Source: Azolla caroliniana (taxonomy: Eukaryota; Plantae; Polypodiophyta). Taken from it: a DNA stretch of 64,000 nt. The notes below the pieces were generated by a model. The model did no database searches. It was not told where the DNA came from and saw nothing but the letters and a program-made list of their open reading frames with translations. The stretch is taken from NCBI GenBank assembly GCA_043228905.1, contig JBHGNT010000002.1, positions 10,292,001 through 10,356,000 of the forward strand. Direction: 5' to 3'. Positions 47,218-60,500 of the stretch are shown here, one piece after another. How positions within the stretch are numbered: position 1 is the stretch's first letter; every line of letters starts with the position of its first letter. Made by a program: the position numbers and the translations under genes.

Positions 47218-47800
47218 GTAATTAACATATTGATTGATTCCTTGTTACATTTGTATGTTATAGTCCTATAGATTATTGGAGGTTGCAAAACATGCACCTC
47301 TTCATGTGAAGAGATCTGAAGGGTTACATTATTTACCTAAAAGCCAAGTATTAAAATAAGATCATGCTAATATGTTTCTTACATTAAAACTATTCTAACA
47401 CCCCCCCTTAATTCAAAACATTTTAGCTCTTCAGCTTTTGTAGATAGGGGCCAATTTTATTCCAACAGTTCCAACGTTTCTAATGTGGCACCGATTTAGT
47501 TAAGAAGTCAACCCACATTATTGTTGTTGAGTAATATAGCAACATTTCTTTTGATTCCAACAATTCTCTAATAAAATGATGTCTTGCTCGAATATGCTTA
47601 TTTTGATTGGTGATCGTAAGATTCGTTGCTAATTTTGTGCACAATTGCTTGTCACAAAATATCTTTATTTCCCCGACCTCAAAGATATCAAGTTCTTCGA
47701 TTATGGTTTTGATCCATAATCCTTCTTTGGTAGTTGGAGCTCATTATATACGACGAGATTGTGTAACGGACAAACCTTTTAGTGAGCTTGTGTACATGGT
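47135..47800 (-). mobile_element. Highly degraded Copia 3' end (LTR, PPT and RNase H remnant)
   Basis: ...CTAACA followed by CCCCCCCTTAA (PPT complement, ~47401), then decayed coding-like sequence. Confidence 0.4.
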
Positions 47801-49451
47801 CAGTGTTGGGCAAAGTTTCTAGCCCCTACCGGAAATTTTCCTGCTTCTCATGAACCTAACCGGAATTTTAAAATTTTAGCCGGCCATGTTCCTACCAACG
47901 ACAATGTCAACCGGAACACATTGAAATTTTTTTTGGTCGCATACCAAACAAAAAAAGACAGAACAACAAATATGTGAGTTCACATGGATGCAAGAAAAAT
48001 GGTTTGGAAAATGGTATGCACTACATGTGAGAGCTTGAGAGAGATGTGGAGTTTCATCCTTCACGCATTCATTGGTGAAACTCATGAATGCCAAGAGTCA
48101 CTAGGGAACTTTGCACATGCTAGGTGCAAATGTGGTACATTGGTTCTATAAACCATGCTTCATGTTATTAAAAGAAACTTTTCATATCAGTCTTAGAGAA
48201 TATTTTGTCAAGTGTCATCAACATATATATTTGTTCCATTGAATTTCCATTACATTCAGAGTAAGTAAAATGTATGTCCTTATAAAACGTTTTGGCAAGC
48301 ATTTTTGTGAATAACCCAATTTGGGTGTATATAGAAATTTCCCATGGTATTCAACATTAGTGAAACTTGAAGACTTGCTAGGAGTACAAGGAACTTGGTC
48401 ATTGACCTTCTAGGCACAATTAAATGATCATTTTGTCATGAACAATTGGTCAATCGTACATTCTTGATATTGTCATCAAAGATAAATGTCCTTGTTACAA
48501 ATTTGTGCCATGCAAACTTGTACATATGTGATAACATGTATAATTCAGGTGTTTTTTTCAACCACAAGGGATTACTACAAACTAGGAACTAAAGAAAAAT
48601 TGTCAAAACAATGTCCCTTTAGCAATGCTATTGAATTTCAATGTGTTCTTTTGGTCTTAAAAAAACACATTCTCATTTTTTTGCCATATAGAAAAACAAA
48701 AAATAGAGAACATATTCAAAGGAAGAGAAAAACAGAGAAAACATATTAATAAAAGAGAGAAAATAGAGAGAATTCATGAATAGAGAAAGACAAACATACG
48801 TGCTACAGTGGTAGAGTGGCAACAAGCAGGCAGGGATGAGCAATCGGCAACAAGCGAGCCGGGATGAGAAATCGGCAACGAGCGAGCAGGGATGAGAAAT
48901 CGGCAACGAGCGAGTAGGGAGGAGCAACCAACAACGAGCAAGTCAGGAGGAGCAATCAACAATTCGCGATCAGGGAGGCGCAATCGACAACGAGCAAGCA
49001 GAGAGGATCAATCAGCAACAACTAAGAAAGGACGAGCAATGGGCAACGAGCAAGCAGGGAGGAGCAATCAACAATCAGCGAGCAAGGAGTATCAAAAAAT
49101 GGAAGAACACGACGCGAAGAAGACAGAATGGAGCAACCCTACGCTAAGAATGGAACAGACAGGGAGGGAACAGAGAGCAGCACGAAGAGGGAAAGCGTAT
49201 GATTCGTGAACAATCAAAAACGTTTTAAGGAAGAATAGGGAAAAAAGAGGGGAAAAAGAAAACTTTACATAAATGTACAAAACTTTTCTCTAATCTATAT
49301 AAATAGCCGGCTCATAAAATATGAACCGGCTAGATTCCGGCCAGGTGGAAAACCTAGCCGGAATCAATTCCGGCTGTCTCTCATGGTGACCGGCAAAAGT
49401 CCCAATTCAACCGGAACCTTAACACTGTTCCTGGGACTTTGCCCAACATTG
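47801..49451. mobile_element. Non-autonomous hAT-type element (1651 bp)
   Basis: TIR CAGTGTTGGGCAAAG / CTTTGCCCAACATTG; perfect 8-bp TSD TACATGGT (47793-47800 and 49452-49459); CCGG-rich subterminal motifs; internal ~27-bp tandem repeats at 48820-49090. Confidence 0.9.
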
Positions 49452-50428
49452 TACATGGTTATTGAACTATTTATGTCATTAAATTGGCTTTGGAACAAAA
49501 ATGTCATTTCATTATATATATTATCTAATTGGCTGTCTAGCAAAACTCTTGTTTAAATACATACATATATATTTTGTAAATGAATTAAGTTTCTATTCAA
49601 AATGACTTTACAAGTAAAATCCCACTTCAATATTTCTGATTTTAATTTTATTTTGCTTTGGTAGTGTTCACAAGAAATGCTGGAAGATGTCAAGGTGCCA
49701 AGCTGCTAAAACTTGACATTGGAATGGTTAATGGTGGTATTATTATTAGAAAGTTGCACTATATCTTCTATAAAGGTTAATGGAACCTTGCCTTAACGTG
49801 GCTAGTTATGGAAAACATGAAAGACAGAAATACGGAATGCTATTTATTATAGTAAAACTACACATCATGCTCAATCATGTCAAGTGCTATAATTGTTTAT
49901 CATTTGATCACGGATTGCAAGTTGCAAATACAGTTCCAAGTTTCGGTCGTTTGTTGATAGTATCAATTGATGCAAAGTTAAATAATAGTGTGGACCTTGA
50001 ATTTCCTTTTTAAATGAAAAGAGCATAGCTAATGAGGACACACGTTGTGATCGTTCAACGTGTTAAATGATTCTCGGCACACTTTCTCCACTACGGGAGC
50101 AAACCGCTTTAGAAAACATATAAATTGTGCTTCCCGAAGAGCCCAAATTACCGATTCATTATATCTCTGTTTCTACACTAAGGTTTCAACACACGTGTTG
50201 CCTCTCATTCCCTTATACTACACTAAGGTTTGATGATTTTACATAATGCTAAGTGTTCTCAGTTATATTTTGCTTTAAATTGAAGGGATGTCTAATGACT
50301 TTTAAGCATGTTGAATGTGTCTAAGGAATTCATTTGATCAACAATTCCATAGGTCCGATTAACTAGGATTGATCAATTTAATATATACATAGGTAATGAA
50401 TGTGAATATGTTTGTCTTAGGAAACACA

Positions 50429-51732
50429 ATGACAAGATTACCAAGCACCATGAAATTGGTCATGATCATGTGCCTTATAGTCATGATGGTATGTTGGAAC
50501 TACAATGAAGGGGCACATGCATTAACAATCCCATCCATTCCGGGGACACCTAAACTAGGTGTATGGAGAACCGACGCACATGCAACATTTTACGGAGGGA
50601 ATGATGCTTCAGGGACCATGGGTAAGGAGGCATTTAAGTGTATATGTGTGAGTGATGTGCTAATTATGACACAAGTTAAAGTTTATATCCTCATATAATC
50701 TACATAAATTATGATAATCTCTTAGATTATATGTAATGTATATATGTTTTGTTAACATGAGTTTACAAAAAAAATGATGCTAGACATGTGAAAATATTGC
50801 TGGCATTATTTCATGAAGGTGGAGCTTGTGGGTATGACAACTTATATAGCATGGGATATGGCACCAACACTGTAGCACTAAGCACAATGCTGTTCAATTT
50901 TGGGGCAAGTTGTGGTGCCTGCTTTGAGATAAAGTGCTGGAACGAGCCAAAGTGGTGCTTGCGCGGGAACCCATCAGTGGTTGTAACTGTGACCAACTTT
51001 TGCCCACCAAATTGGTTCCTACCCACCAATGGTGGAGGTTGGTGCAACCCCCCGCGCAAGCACTTCGACCTAGCCCAACCCGCCTTTCAAAAGATTGCCA
51101 TAATCCGCGGTGGGATCGTTCCCGTTCGTTATCGTAGGTAAAATGAAATTCAGAAGAATAAGATGAATGTTTGGTGTTTACATTCTGGCATTTGTTTTAC
51201 ATTCATGAACAATGTGGCTTCAACCCATTACGTGTGAGCATAGTGATGTATAATATTTAAAAGTTAATGAGCTTTGTGATTCCCATTGCATTTGTGAAAG
51301 GAATATATATATAGCCCACAGAATTTACTTTGTAGAATGACCATATTAATGCAGCACATTTAAGATGAGTTAAGCATTGGAGAATCATGGACATTAGAGG
51401 ATAAAGTATAGAAATGTTGTAACTCCAGGGTTGCGTGTGCGAAGAAGGGGGGGATCCGGTTCATGATGAATGGGAACCCACACTTCAACTTGGTGCTAGT
51501 GTTCAACGTGGGGGGTGCCGGGGACGTGGTGGCCACATACATCAAGGGCACACGAACCGGGTGGATGCAAATGAAGCGCAATTGGGGCGTAAATTGGGAG
51601 ATAAGCACCATCCTTGTTGGCCAAGCTCTCTCCTTCCGTGTCGTCACGTCCGACGGTCGCTCCTCCATCTCTTATAATGCCGCTCCCTCCAATTGGCGCT
51701 TTGGCCAGACCTTTGTCGGCACTCAATTCTAG
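50429..51732 (+). CDS. EXPA: Alpha-expansin (EXPA), ~271 aa, 3 exons
   Basis: Exons 50429-50621, 50819-51137 and 51429-51732, phase-consistent (816 nt). Signal peptide; [65 protein letters not shown]. Alternative ATG at 50450. Confidence 0.96.
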
Positions 51733-54399
51733 TTACCATCTAGATCCCCATTTAACTACATGTATGTATGTATTTGGGTGGGTTTTCATAGTTCTTTAAC
51801 ACTCCCGAAAGTCTGAGCATTGGCCCCATTTAATTATTGCGGCCCACGCCGATTTCGGCGAGAAACATGAAGAGTTATTTATGTATATGCATCACATGGA
51901 TTTTCATGTGATTTACTATCTCCTTCCATGCTTGTTACCATTGTCTCCTATATTATGGAGCAAAAAGCTCTACATCTTCCACGTCTGAGAAGATAATGAA
52001 AGCACAAACAAGATTATAGTAAAATGTACCCTTTTCTCTATTTTAGTACCTCAACATCAACAACATATTATTGGCAATACTGTTTGCTAGATGTTGTTCC
52101 CTTCTCTCAATTTGGGCACCAAAATTTCTATAAATCTTTGACAAATTCTGTACACCTCACATTTCACAAGCACGTGCACGCGCCCAGTTCATGATAGAAG
52201 AATTGCTTTCTAAGGAATTTATCTCATCATTCCAATATGATTTCAACTTTGGACTTTGGTGTAGAGTCCATGAAGCTCAACCATGTTGCCTACCTAGACA
52301 CATCGCTCACACATGAAATTTCATGAATGAAACGTAGTCATTGTGCCCACAAAAGTGCTTTCGGCTCTTTAATTCCCTTACCGAGACCCCGAATCACATG
52401 CATATGTTTGCCAATGAATCCTCTTTGAAAACAACATTAGAGTATAATGTTATGGGTTATTTGTGACATACTCTATATACATCATGATGTATTCGGTTTC
52501 TCCTTAGCTGTGCAATATGACGGTCTAAGAACCCTATATGTAGACGAATGAGAGAAGCCAAAGGCTTGTTTCTGTATTCGACCATGTGATTATAACCTCA
52601 AATTCCAACCAAGAACATTGTGAAATATGTTTGGCAAAAGTTGAGTATTACATCGCAATGGACATCGCTATATGTAAGATAACCCAAGGTATGTGTGTAA
52701 CAAAGTCTACGATATATGTCCTTGTAACAAAAGAATTTTGTTTTCCTGAATTCCATGCCTAGGTCGTGTGAATTGCACAACTACTTCAATTCATGGCCTT
52801 CGGTTGGCCATGTGCAAAAAATATTTGCCCTAGATGGAAAATGTTCCATTTTTCCACAAATAACCAATATACCTTGCAATGATCGAATACAAGACATATG
52901 AAATGAACTAGGGAATCTATTTGGTCATGCCAAAAGACACACTAGGGGGAAACGATGTCATGAAGTCACACGCATATGTGTGTACTTGAGCGGGACCATC
53001 GAAGACTTGAACTAGAGAGGATGGATGACTAGAAGGCTCGTCAAAGTCAAAAAATCCTAAGAGTCGAAAGATCGTTAGACTCGAATATATAACCCAAAGT
53101 CAAAAGATCATCAAAATTGAAGTTTAGTCAGAGTCAAATATATTACCCAAAGTCAAAAGATCGTCACTCAAATGCTCTACATAATTGTAAGATCTTCAGA
53201 GTTGAAGGTAGATCAGAGTCGAAGGTAAGTCAGAGTCAAAGGTATGTGCCAAGTGTGGTACCAAGGGGGCTATTCTGCCAATTTGGAACCTTTAACCCTT
53301 TGTTACTACTCTCTAGGAACACAGTTCAGATACTTAATCCCTAAGTACCCTTATCAAGGTTTGTGAGATGGACATTTTAGAAATTAAAAGTGGACAAACA
53401 CGTGAATCACACAGATTATACCTGTTAACTTATCAACTGCTATGGAGATACTTAGACACTGTCTGAATCGGCTACAACCGATCAACTTAACATAGCATAC
53501 ATAAAATTGATATCAACACATACACAATATACTCCAAGTAAAATTATATTACTCTTTGCACTAACTTATAAACCGATCGATGTTACAATGTTTCATGCCC
53601 CCTTTATATAGGTAGCATGGAAGATTCTCATCAAGAAAGTTCACGCCGTTTTTGGCAACTAACAAAACAGTTAGAACTACTCCTAGTATTTTTACATTTT
53701 TCTACTTGGCATATTTATTCGGCTTAAGATATTACTCGTACTTTTTGGCTAATTCCTCTTTTCGGCCTTTCGGCCCTTTCACACCTTGGGTCGACTCACC
53801 TAGCTAACGCCCTTTTCCTAACCTTTTCCTTTATTCATAACCTTTATTACATTTGCTAGATACTAAACTAGAACCTAAACCAATGATTCCTTATCTCTCT
53901 TCTTCCAACACCACCATGATTATTCCTTCCACCATAGCCATGAAGACCATCCAATCCACCAAACCTTTCGCCCACACTTTGCACTACCACAAATGGTTGT
54001 CGTGACCTCATCCACTTTCCCCAAGCATAACCCTTACTGCATCAAACATGTGTCACCCTTGTTCCTATCGTTCCCTTGGTCAAGTCACTTCGACCTTCCT
54101 TCTCATGTTGATCCGCTTTTGGTTTCGTTAGGCCCCATCCGAATATTGACTTTGACTACTTTTTGTAGCCCCTTCTTCAATTATATGTTGACATTTAGGT
54201 CCTTAGATGGTTGTTGTGCATGTTTCCTGCTTCACCCTCTTTTTTGGTATGCTCTCGCATTAAAGTTGACCATTGTTCCCTTGGTCTTCGTGCCAATGTT
54301 CTCCTTCGAGTTGGATGCCATGATCACATATGGAGAAATGGCCTTCCTCTTTTCCTGGCCCGCTTAGCCCTCTTCGTGCACCGTAACTAGTATAATAGT

Positions 54400-54785
54400 G
54401 AAATTGATGGAGAGTATGATGGTGAGAGAGATCATGAAGATGTTGACAAACCTTGAGAAGTATTGTGGGGTGGGGGGTGGTGCCTAGAATGGCTCCACCC
54501 CCCTTCCAAGGGGTTCAACGTAAGGGGAGAGAGAGAGAGAGAGAGATTGTGAGAGAACTATTCCTTCATTTTTCATTCATTCCCCATAAGGGGTTAAATA
54601 GGTACAAAAGGGTAGATACACAAGGGTGCAAGCCCCCTTGGCATTCACACCTAATCACTCACTCACACCTCTTTGTATCAACCACACTCACGCCATTCAC
54701 ACTCATAATCGTATAACATTACACATACATATCAACACATTACATCTTTCACCCTCACTTATCACACTTATCAATCACGGTAACA
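54400..54785. repeat. LTR-like copy of the family at 22650-23136
   Basis: Shares GATGGAGAGTATGATGGTGAGAGAGATCAT, CCTAGAATGGCTCCACCCCC and CATTCATTCCCCATAAGGGGTTAAAT; ends TAACA. No TSD found. Confidence 0.75.
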
Positions 54786-54789
54786 ACAA

Positions 54790-56350
54790 ACCTCGTCCAA
54801 TCGTCCTTGTAGGCAGCGGATAAGCATGAACCATATATCCATGATCACTTCCTCTAGGGGCCATACCAAAGCTTGGAAGACTTTTAGGCAGCATGCTTTC
54901 CATACATACCACAGGGTGAAGTCCGCAATCAACATCCAAATTTCCGTTAACCTAGGGGATGTGGACTGCAAGCCTCTCTCAAAACGGATCTTAATGATTT
55001 TACCTCTCATGCATACATAGCACCAACTATCCGCTGTCGTGGGGAATTCCGGCTACTGGGAAAAAGGGAGCTTGAGAGCGCGTGAATGGGGATGTGCACG
55101 AATGCACACGAAATAGGTTTTAGTGTACAAACATGTGTAAACAACATAGTAATAGTTGAGCATTGAGGAATACTAGGTAGTAAGGATGTGATAGGTACTT
55201 TATGGTCACACGAATAGAGGAATAAAAGGGACCTACTGAAGGGAGAGAATCAAGGGAAAATCTGAGAGAAAAGCGGTTGCCTTAACAACCTGATGGAACA
55301 ACTTCTCTCTCTCCTTGAGCTATAAAGGAGGGAGGTAAGACGTAGAGAGGGATCCACGTTAGAGGAGAACGAAGTGATGTTGGTTTGAGATACAAGCCCT
55401 GTCATTCCCTCCGTTTTCTATTCTATGTTGATTCTCGAAAGAAGGCGGAGTCCTCTACTCGTGTAAGAAGTTCGTGAGCTCTCGACCGGAGGCCCGTTGT
55501 TATGAGTGTGTGCGTATGCGTGAAGAGTTTGAAGTTGTACAGTAGGCCGAGCCGGTTGTAATTTACTATTTCCCTCTGTTACTCATTAATCTTGTTGTGT
55601 CTCTCTGTGTTCTTGCGTCAATTCTGTTTTTGTTTGAGCGCCCATTTCCGTGTGCGTGAGCCCGTGAGCTCCTCGTTGTTATTCGTCAACTGGTCTGAAA
55701 CGGTATACATCTCTGACCTCGTGCGCTCGTTGTCCGACATCGAGGAACCGAACCGGTTCAGATACACATCCAGAATCCGGACCAGACAACCATCTTTTCT
55801 CACCGGCTCCTTGGTCTAAGACCCCGGTGGTCCACCATGTTTCAACACACGCTCACGGAAAACCGCAACAACGCATTGAAGGCGTCTGCGTCCGTCCACA
55901 TATCAACCGAGTGATCAATCCATGCCACATCACTCCACGATGTTGTTCCTTCCACTTCACATGTCGTAAGGAGGCGAGTCACTCTATCCCATACCTTTTG
56001 AGCTTGAGGGCAATCCCACAGACAGTGTCTCAAAATCTCAATAGGTGAAGAGAAAAGTGGGCAACCTATCGGGCTGCCACATTTACCTAGCCATTCGCCA
56101 ATGGGAACCACATTATGACTGATCTGCCACCAAAAGAGTTGATCTTTTCAGGCATGTGGAGAGGTCACAGACCCTTCCAAAAGGTAATGAGCACCTCGTC
56201 ATGGATGCCCAATGTTCGCCAGCCATTGCGTAGGGAACCGTCTAGCTGCAGTTGTAAAGTTAGACCCAATTTAGTGTTGTATTCGAAGAAGTGGTGGAGT
56301 CTACCATCATGTTTCCACCTGAAATCCCCAAGTTCCCATTCTAGTTCGAC
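54790..56350 (-). mobile_element. L1-type LINE 3' remnant (zf-RVT region), split by an LTR-like insertion
   Basis: CPLFSSPIEILRHCLWDCPQAQKVW (55842-56111) and LWYVWKACCLKVFQ (54771-55010). Confidence 0.7.
55035..55826 (+). repeat. LTR-like insertion, probably truncated
   Basis: Begins TGTCGTGGGG, contains CTATAAAAGGAG (~55320) and interrupts the L1 remnant; no terminal CA or TSD found. Confidence 0.45.
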
Positions 56351-56774
56351 ATAATTTGAGTAGTATAGTATTGTTGAAAGTGATCTTTAATATCCATTAT
56401 TTCCATTTCGAAAGGTCCATAAGTTGAGATTCTAAACCCTAAATCCTATAACAATATGTGGGTTTATGAGAATGTCTTACCTTTGTATTTTTCAACATTT
56501 ACCGAAAACAATTGAATGCCAATGGACATCCACATTAAAAAATCTACGATTCCAATTACACTAGAAAGTTTTAAAACCACAAACCTAATGACATTTTAGG
56601 CTACACGTCAAATCCTAGCACTATCCCTAAGCATTCATACGACGTACGAATATGAATTTGGGAATGTCATAATGGTTACATACTAGAAGCTAGCAATATT
56701 GAAATTTGACGATCGTTATGCTAGTTTTTTGTGATTTTTCTTGTCATTACAAAATCTTAGAAAATATGCATGCA

Positions 56775-57059
56775 TGTTGAGCGACCAAGCTCAACCGGAT
56801 CTGGATCGGTATCCGGAACAGAGAGCCGGATCAGTGTCCGAATGATTTCCGGAACCAGGAGCCGGATCGGATTGAAACCGGTAGGCCGTTAGAGACCTAC
56901 GGATCTAGCCTAGTACGTAGGCATATTTTAGGGAGTCAGTGACATTCGCTCGTATGAGCATTGAAGTACCTATCAGTCCTTTATGGACTTGTATAAAAGT
57001 GCTCATTGAGCACATTTTATGTACACAGAGTTTTAGAGTATTTTTTTAATAGAGTTTAT

Positions 57060-57133
<74 letters not shown>

Positions 57134-57235
57134 CTGCGTACGTGTATTCTCTGTGTGTGTTAAGTTTTCTTCTCATCTTCTATTGCTATCCGGCTTAGCC
57201 GGTTTGTCGAACGCTTCCGCACGTTTACTTTCACA
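56775..57235 (+). repeat. 5' LTR of Copia A2, with a (CT)n(AT)n microsatellite
   Basis: TG...CA termini; PBS follows. Confidence 0.92.
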
Positions 57236-57434
57236 TGGTATCAGAGCACGAGGGTTGAGAATCTTTGCAGCCGACGGATGCTTTCGAAGACAAACCCTAA
57301 TAACTGGTAACATTAGATAGAGAAAGGTATGGACAGAGGTATGGCGAGTTCATTTCCAACAGAGTAGCTCGACCAGAGCAACTATGCGACTTGGTCCTAT
57401 AAAATGCACCAATACTTGCTAGGGCATGGTTATT

Positions 57435-57540
57435 GGAGCTACATGGAAGGAATCAACGAGGTAGCACTGGAGCTACGTGGAAGGAATCAATGAGGTAGCA
57501 CTGGAGCTACGTGGAAGGAATCAACGAGGTAGCACTAGAG
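57435..57540 (+). repeat. 34-bp tandem triplication in Copia A2 gag
   Basis: GGAGCTAC.TGGAAGGAATCAA.GAGGTAGCACT at 57435, 57469 and 57503. Confidence 0.9.
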
Positions 57541-60500
57541 CCACCGAGTATTGTACTGCCTCGCGTCCGGTGTGCACAATCAAATGCTCAGCTACATCAA
57601 AGATGCAAAAATGCCAAAGGGGACCTGGGAAAATCTCCGGAAGATTTTCACCGCTAGTACCACGCCACGGAAGTTGCAACTCCGACAAGAGGTCAAGAAT
57701 ATCTGACAGAGGGATATGTCCATGACCGACTACACCAAGATAAAGGAGATTTGTGACGCGCTCGGGTTCATCAACGTGACGGTGGACGAAGACGAGATGG
57801 TTCAAATCTGCCTCGGTGGTCTAGCACAATGGTACGGGCCAATCCGGACTACGATCTGCATGCGGGAGAAGCCACCATTCTTCTTTGACTTACAATCCAT
57901 GTCCATGGTAAAAAAAAACCACGCGAGTGGGTCGAGGACCACTCAATCGGACAGTCGGATGCTGTACACGGAGGCGGATCGACCCCGTGGGCGTGGAGGA
58001 CGAAGTGGGTCGGCACGCAATGGAGGCAGCTGGCAAGAGCAGAACCGAAGGCACAAAGACGGTGCCGACAGTAGTTCCGGACCCTCCACAAGCAAGGGGA
58101 GTCAAGTCGGAGCCGAAAACCGGCAATCGAAGGCCGACCCGGAATGCTAGTACTGTGGCAAGAAAGGCCATCGAGAAAGAGAGTGTTGGAAGAAGTGCGC
58201 CAATTCAGATAAATCCGGATCTAGGAATACCGGATAGGGAAACCGGCAAAGCTCGCACTACGCAGAAGGATCAAAAGGATCCGGAACCGGGAAGACCGGA
58301 AAAGGGCAAGCCTTCGTGATGAAGCACAAGGCTAACCCAATGAAGAAGAATACTTCCAAATAAGAGGAAGTGTGGTACGTTGATTCCGGGGCGTCCAACC
58401 ACATCATGAGCCATGAAGAGTGGTTCTCTTTTTTGGAGAAACCCAAACAACCGGGGATTGTCAAAACTGGAGACGACACCCCTCACCCGATTGTGCATGT
58501 CGGAGAAGTCCCTTCAAGCCATGTCGGACAAAAGGGGAAGTTGATGAACGTACTACACGTTCCGACTATCACAAAGAACCTAGTGTCGGTTGGACAAATC
58601 GTCGACCAGGGGATGCAAGTGCAATTTACGCACCTCGAGTGCTTCATTGAGGAAGAAGGCCGGATAATTGCGCAAGGGTGCAGAGAAGGGAGGATTTTCA
58701 TCCTCAACACTAATGACGTCGGCACCACCATGTTTGCTAAAGGACAGAATATTGAATTGGACATCGATCTCTAGCACAAGCGGATCAACCACGTCAATTA
58801 CCGAAGGCTTCACGACTTGCAATCGAAACAAGTTGTGTTCAAATTGCCAAAGTTTAGTGGCCGGAAGGCCCAAATATGTGAAGCTTGCCAACTCGAGAAG
58901 CAACACTGGCTTCCATTCCCCACCAAACGAAACTGGAGTCGTAACAAGCTCGACTTAATCCATTCGAATGTATGGGGACCATCATAAAACGTTAGTCTTG
59001 GTGGCAGTCGGTATTTCGTTTCCTTCATCGACGACTACAGCTGGCACACGTGGATCTACCTCATAGAGAAGAAGAGCGAAGTCTTTGAATGTTTCCGGAA
59101 CCTTCAAAACTTAGTTGAATGGGAAACAGAGAGGAAGATCAAGTGTCTGCGGTCGGATGGCGGAAAACGATACTTTTCCAGCCAATTCAACCGTTATCTG
59201 CAGTAGAACGGAATTCGGAGAGAATTTAGCTGCAGATACACACCGGAGCAAAACGGTGTGGCCGAAAGGAAGAACCGATTGATTGTCGACGCGGCAAGGG
59301 CAATGCTGGAGGAGAAGCGCATGCCCCAATTCTACTGGGCTGAGGCAGTCCGGACGGCCATCTACATCCAAAACCAGATCGGAGACAAGGTGTCAGCACA
59401 TGAGCTATATTTCGGGCGGAAGCCGAATTTGAGACACCTTAGGATATTCGGTAGCATAGTATATGTGCACGTACCGGATGAGAAGCGGAGGAAGTTGGAT
59501 CCGAAGTCAGAGAAGTGCATCCTAGTCGGCTACTCGTATGAGCAAAAGGGGTATAAGTGCTATAACCCCCGGACTAAGCACGTCCGAGTAAGCCAAGATG
59601 TCGAGTTTGATGAGACGGCATCATGGCACTCCTTACCGACTCCAACTCCCAACAAAGACCCGATTCCGGAGGATGCGGCTAGTGAACCCAAAGAGGTTCA
59701 AGTAGAAGATGAAGAACTCGGTACTCTAGATGAGAGTCCGATCTCATTCCGGCTAAGTGGGCCGAATGAGTGACTGAGCCGGAATGACCAGTCGGATGAA
59801 GAACCGACGAGTAGTGGAGACTCTGTCGTGCTCTCCCTACGCAAGGAACCGAGGAGACGGTTCACGCGCAAGGAGAAGGGGAAGAAGAAGATGTCGAAAT
59901 ACAAAACTGGCACTGATGAGTCGGACCGAAGAGAATCCAACTCCGGAAAGGAAGAAGGTGGACCTTTAGAAAGGAAGTCTGAATTGGCCAAGAAGGGCCC
60001 CAAACCAGATAACGACAAGTTATATTGGTCATCCTACCAGAAGAATCCCATAAAGAGATACGGGTACAATGAGTACATGGTGCATCATTATGCATACATG
60101 ACTAAGGTGGCAAAAGTGTGTGAGCCGGAGAGCTATGCAGAAGTGGCAAAGGATGCAAATTGGCGTGCCACTATGGAAGAAGAAATGTGGGCACTCGATG
60201 CCAACGACACATGGGACCTGGTTGACCCACCCTGACAATGCAAACCGATCAGTTGCAAGTGGATGTACAAGGTAAAGTACAACGTTGACGGTTCAGTGAA
60301 CCGGTACAAAGCCCGATTAGTTGCGAAGGGATACGCACAGACCCACGGAATCGACTACGATGAGACCTTCGCTCCGGTAGCGAAGATGACGACAGTTCGT
60401 GTGGTACTGGTTGTTGTTGCAGCAAGGGGGTGGCATCTTCACCAAATGGACGTGAAGAATGCGTTTCTTCAAGGCGATCTTGACGAACGGGTCTATATGA

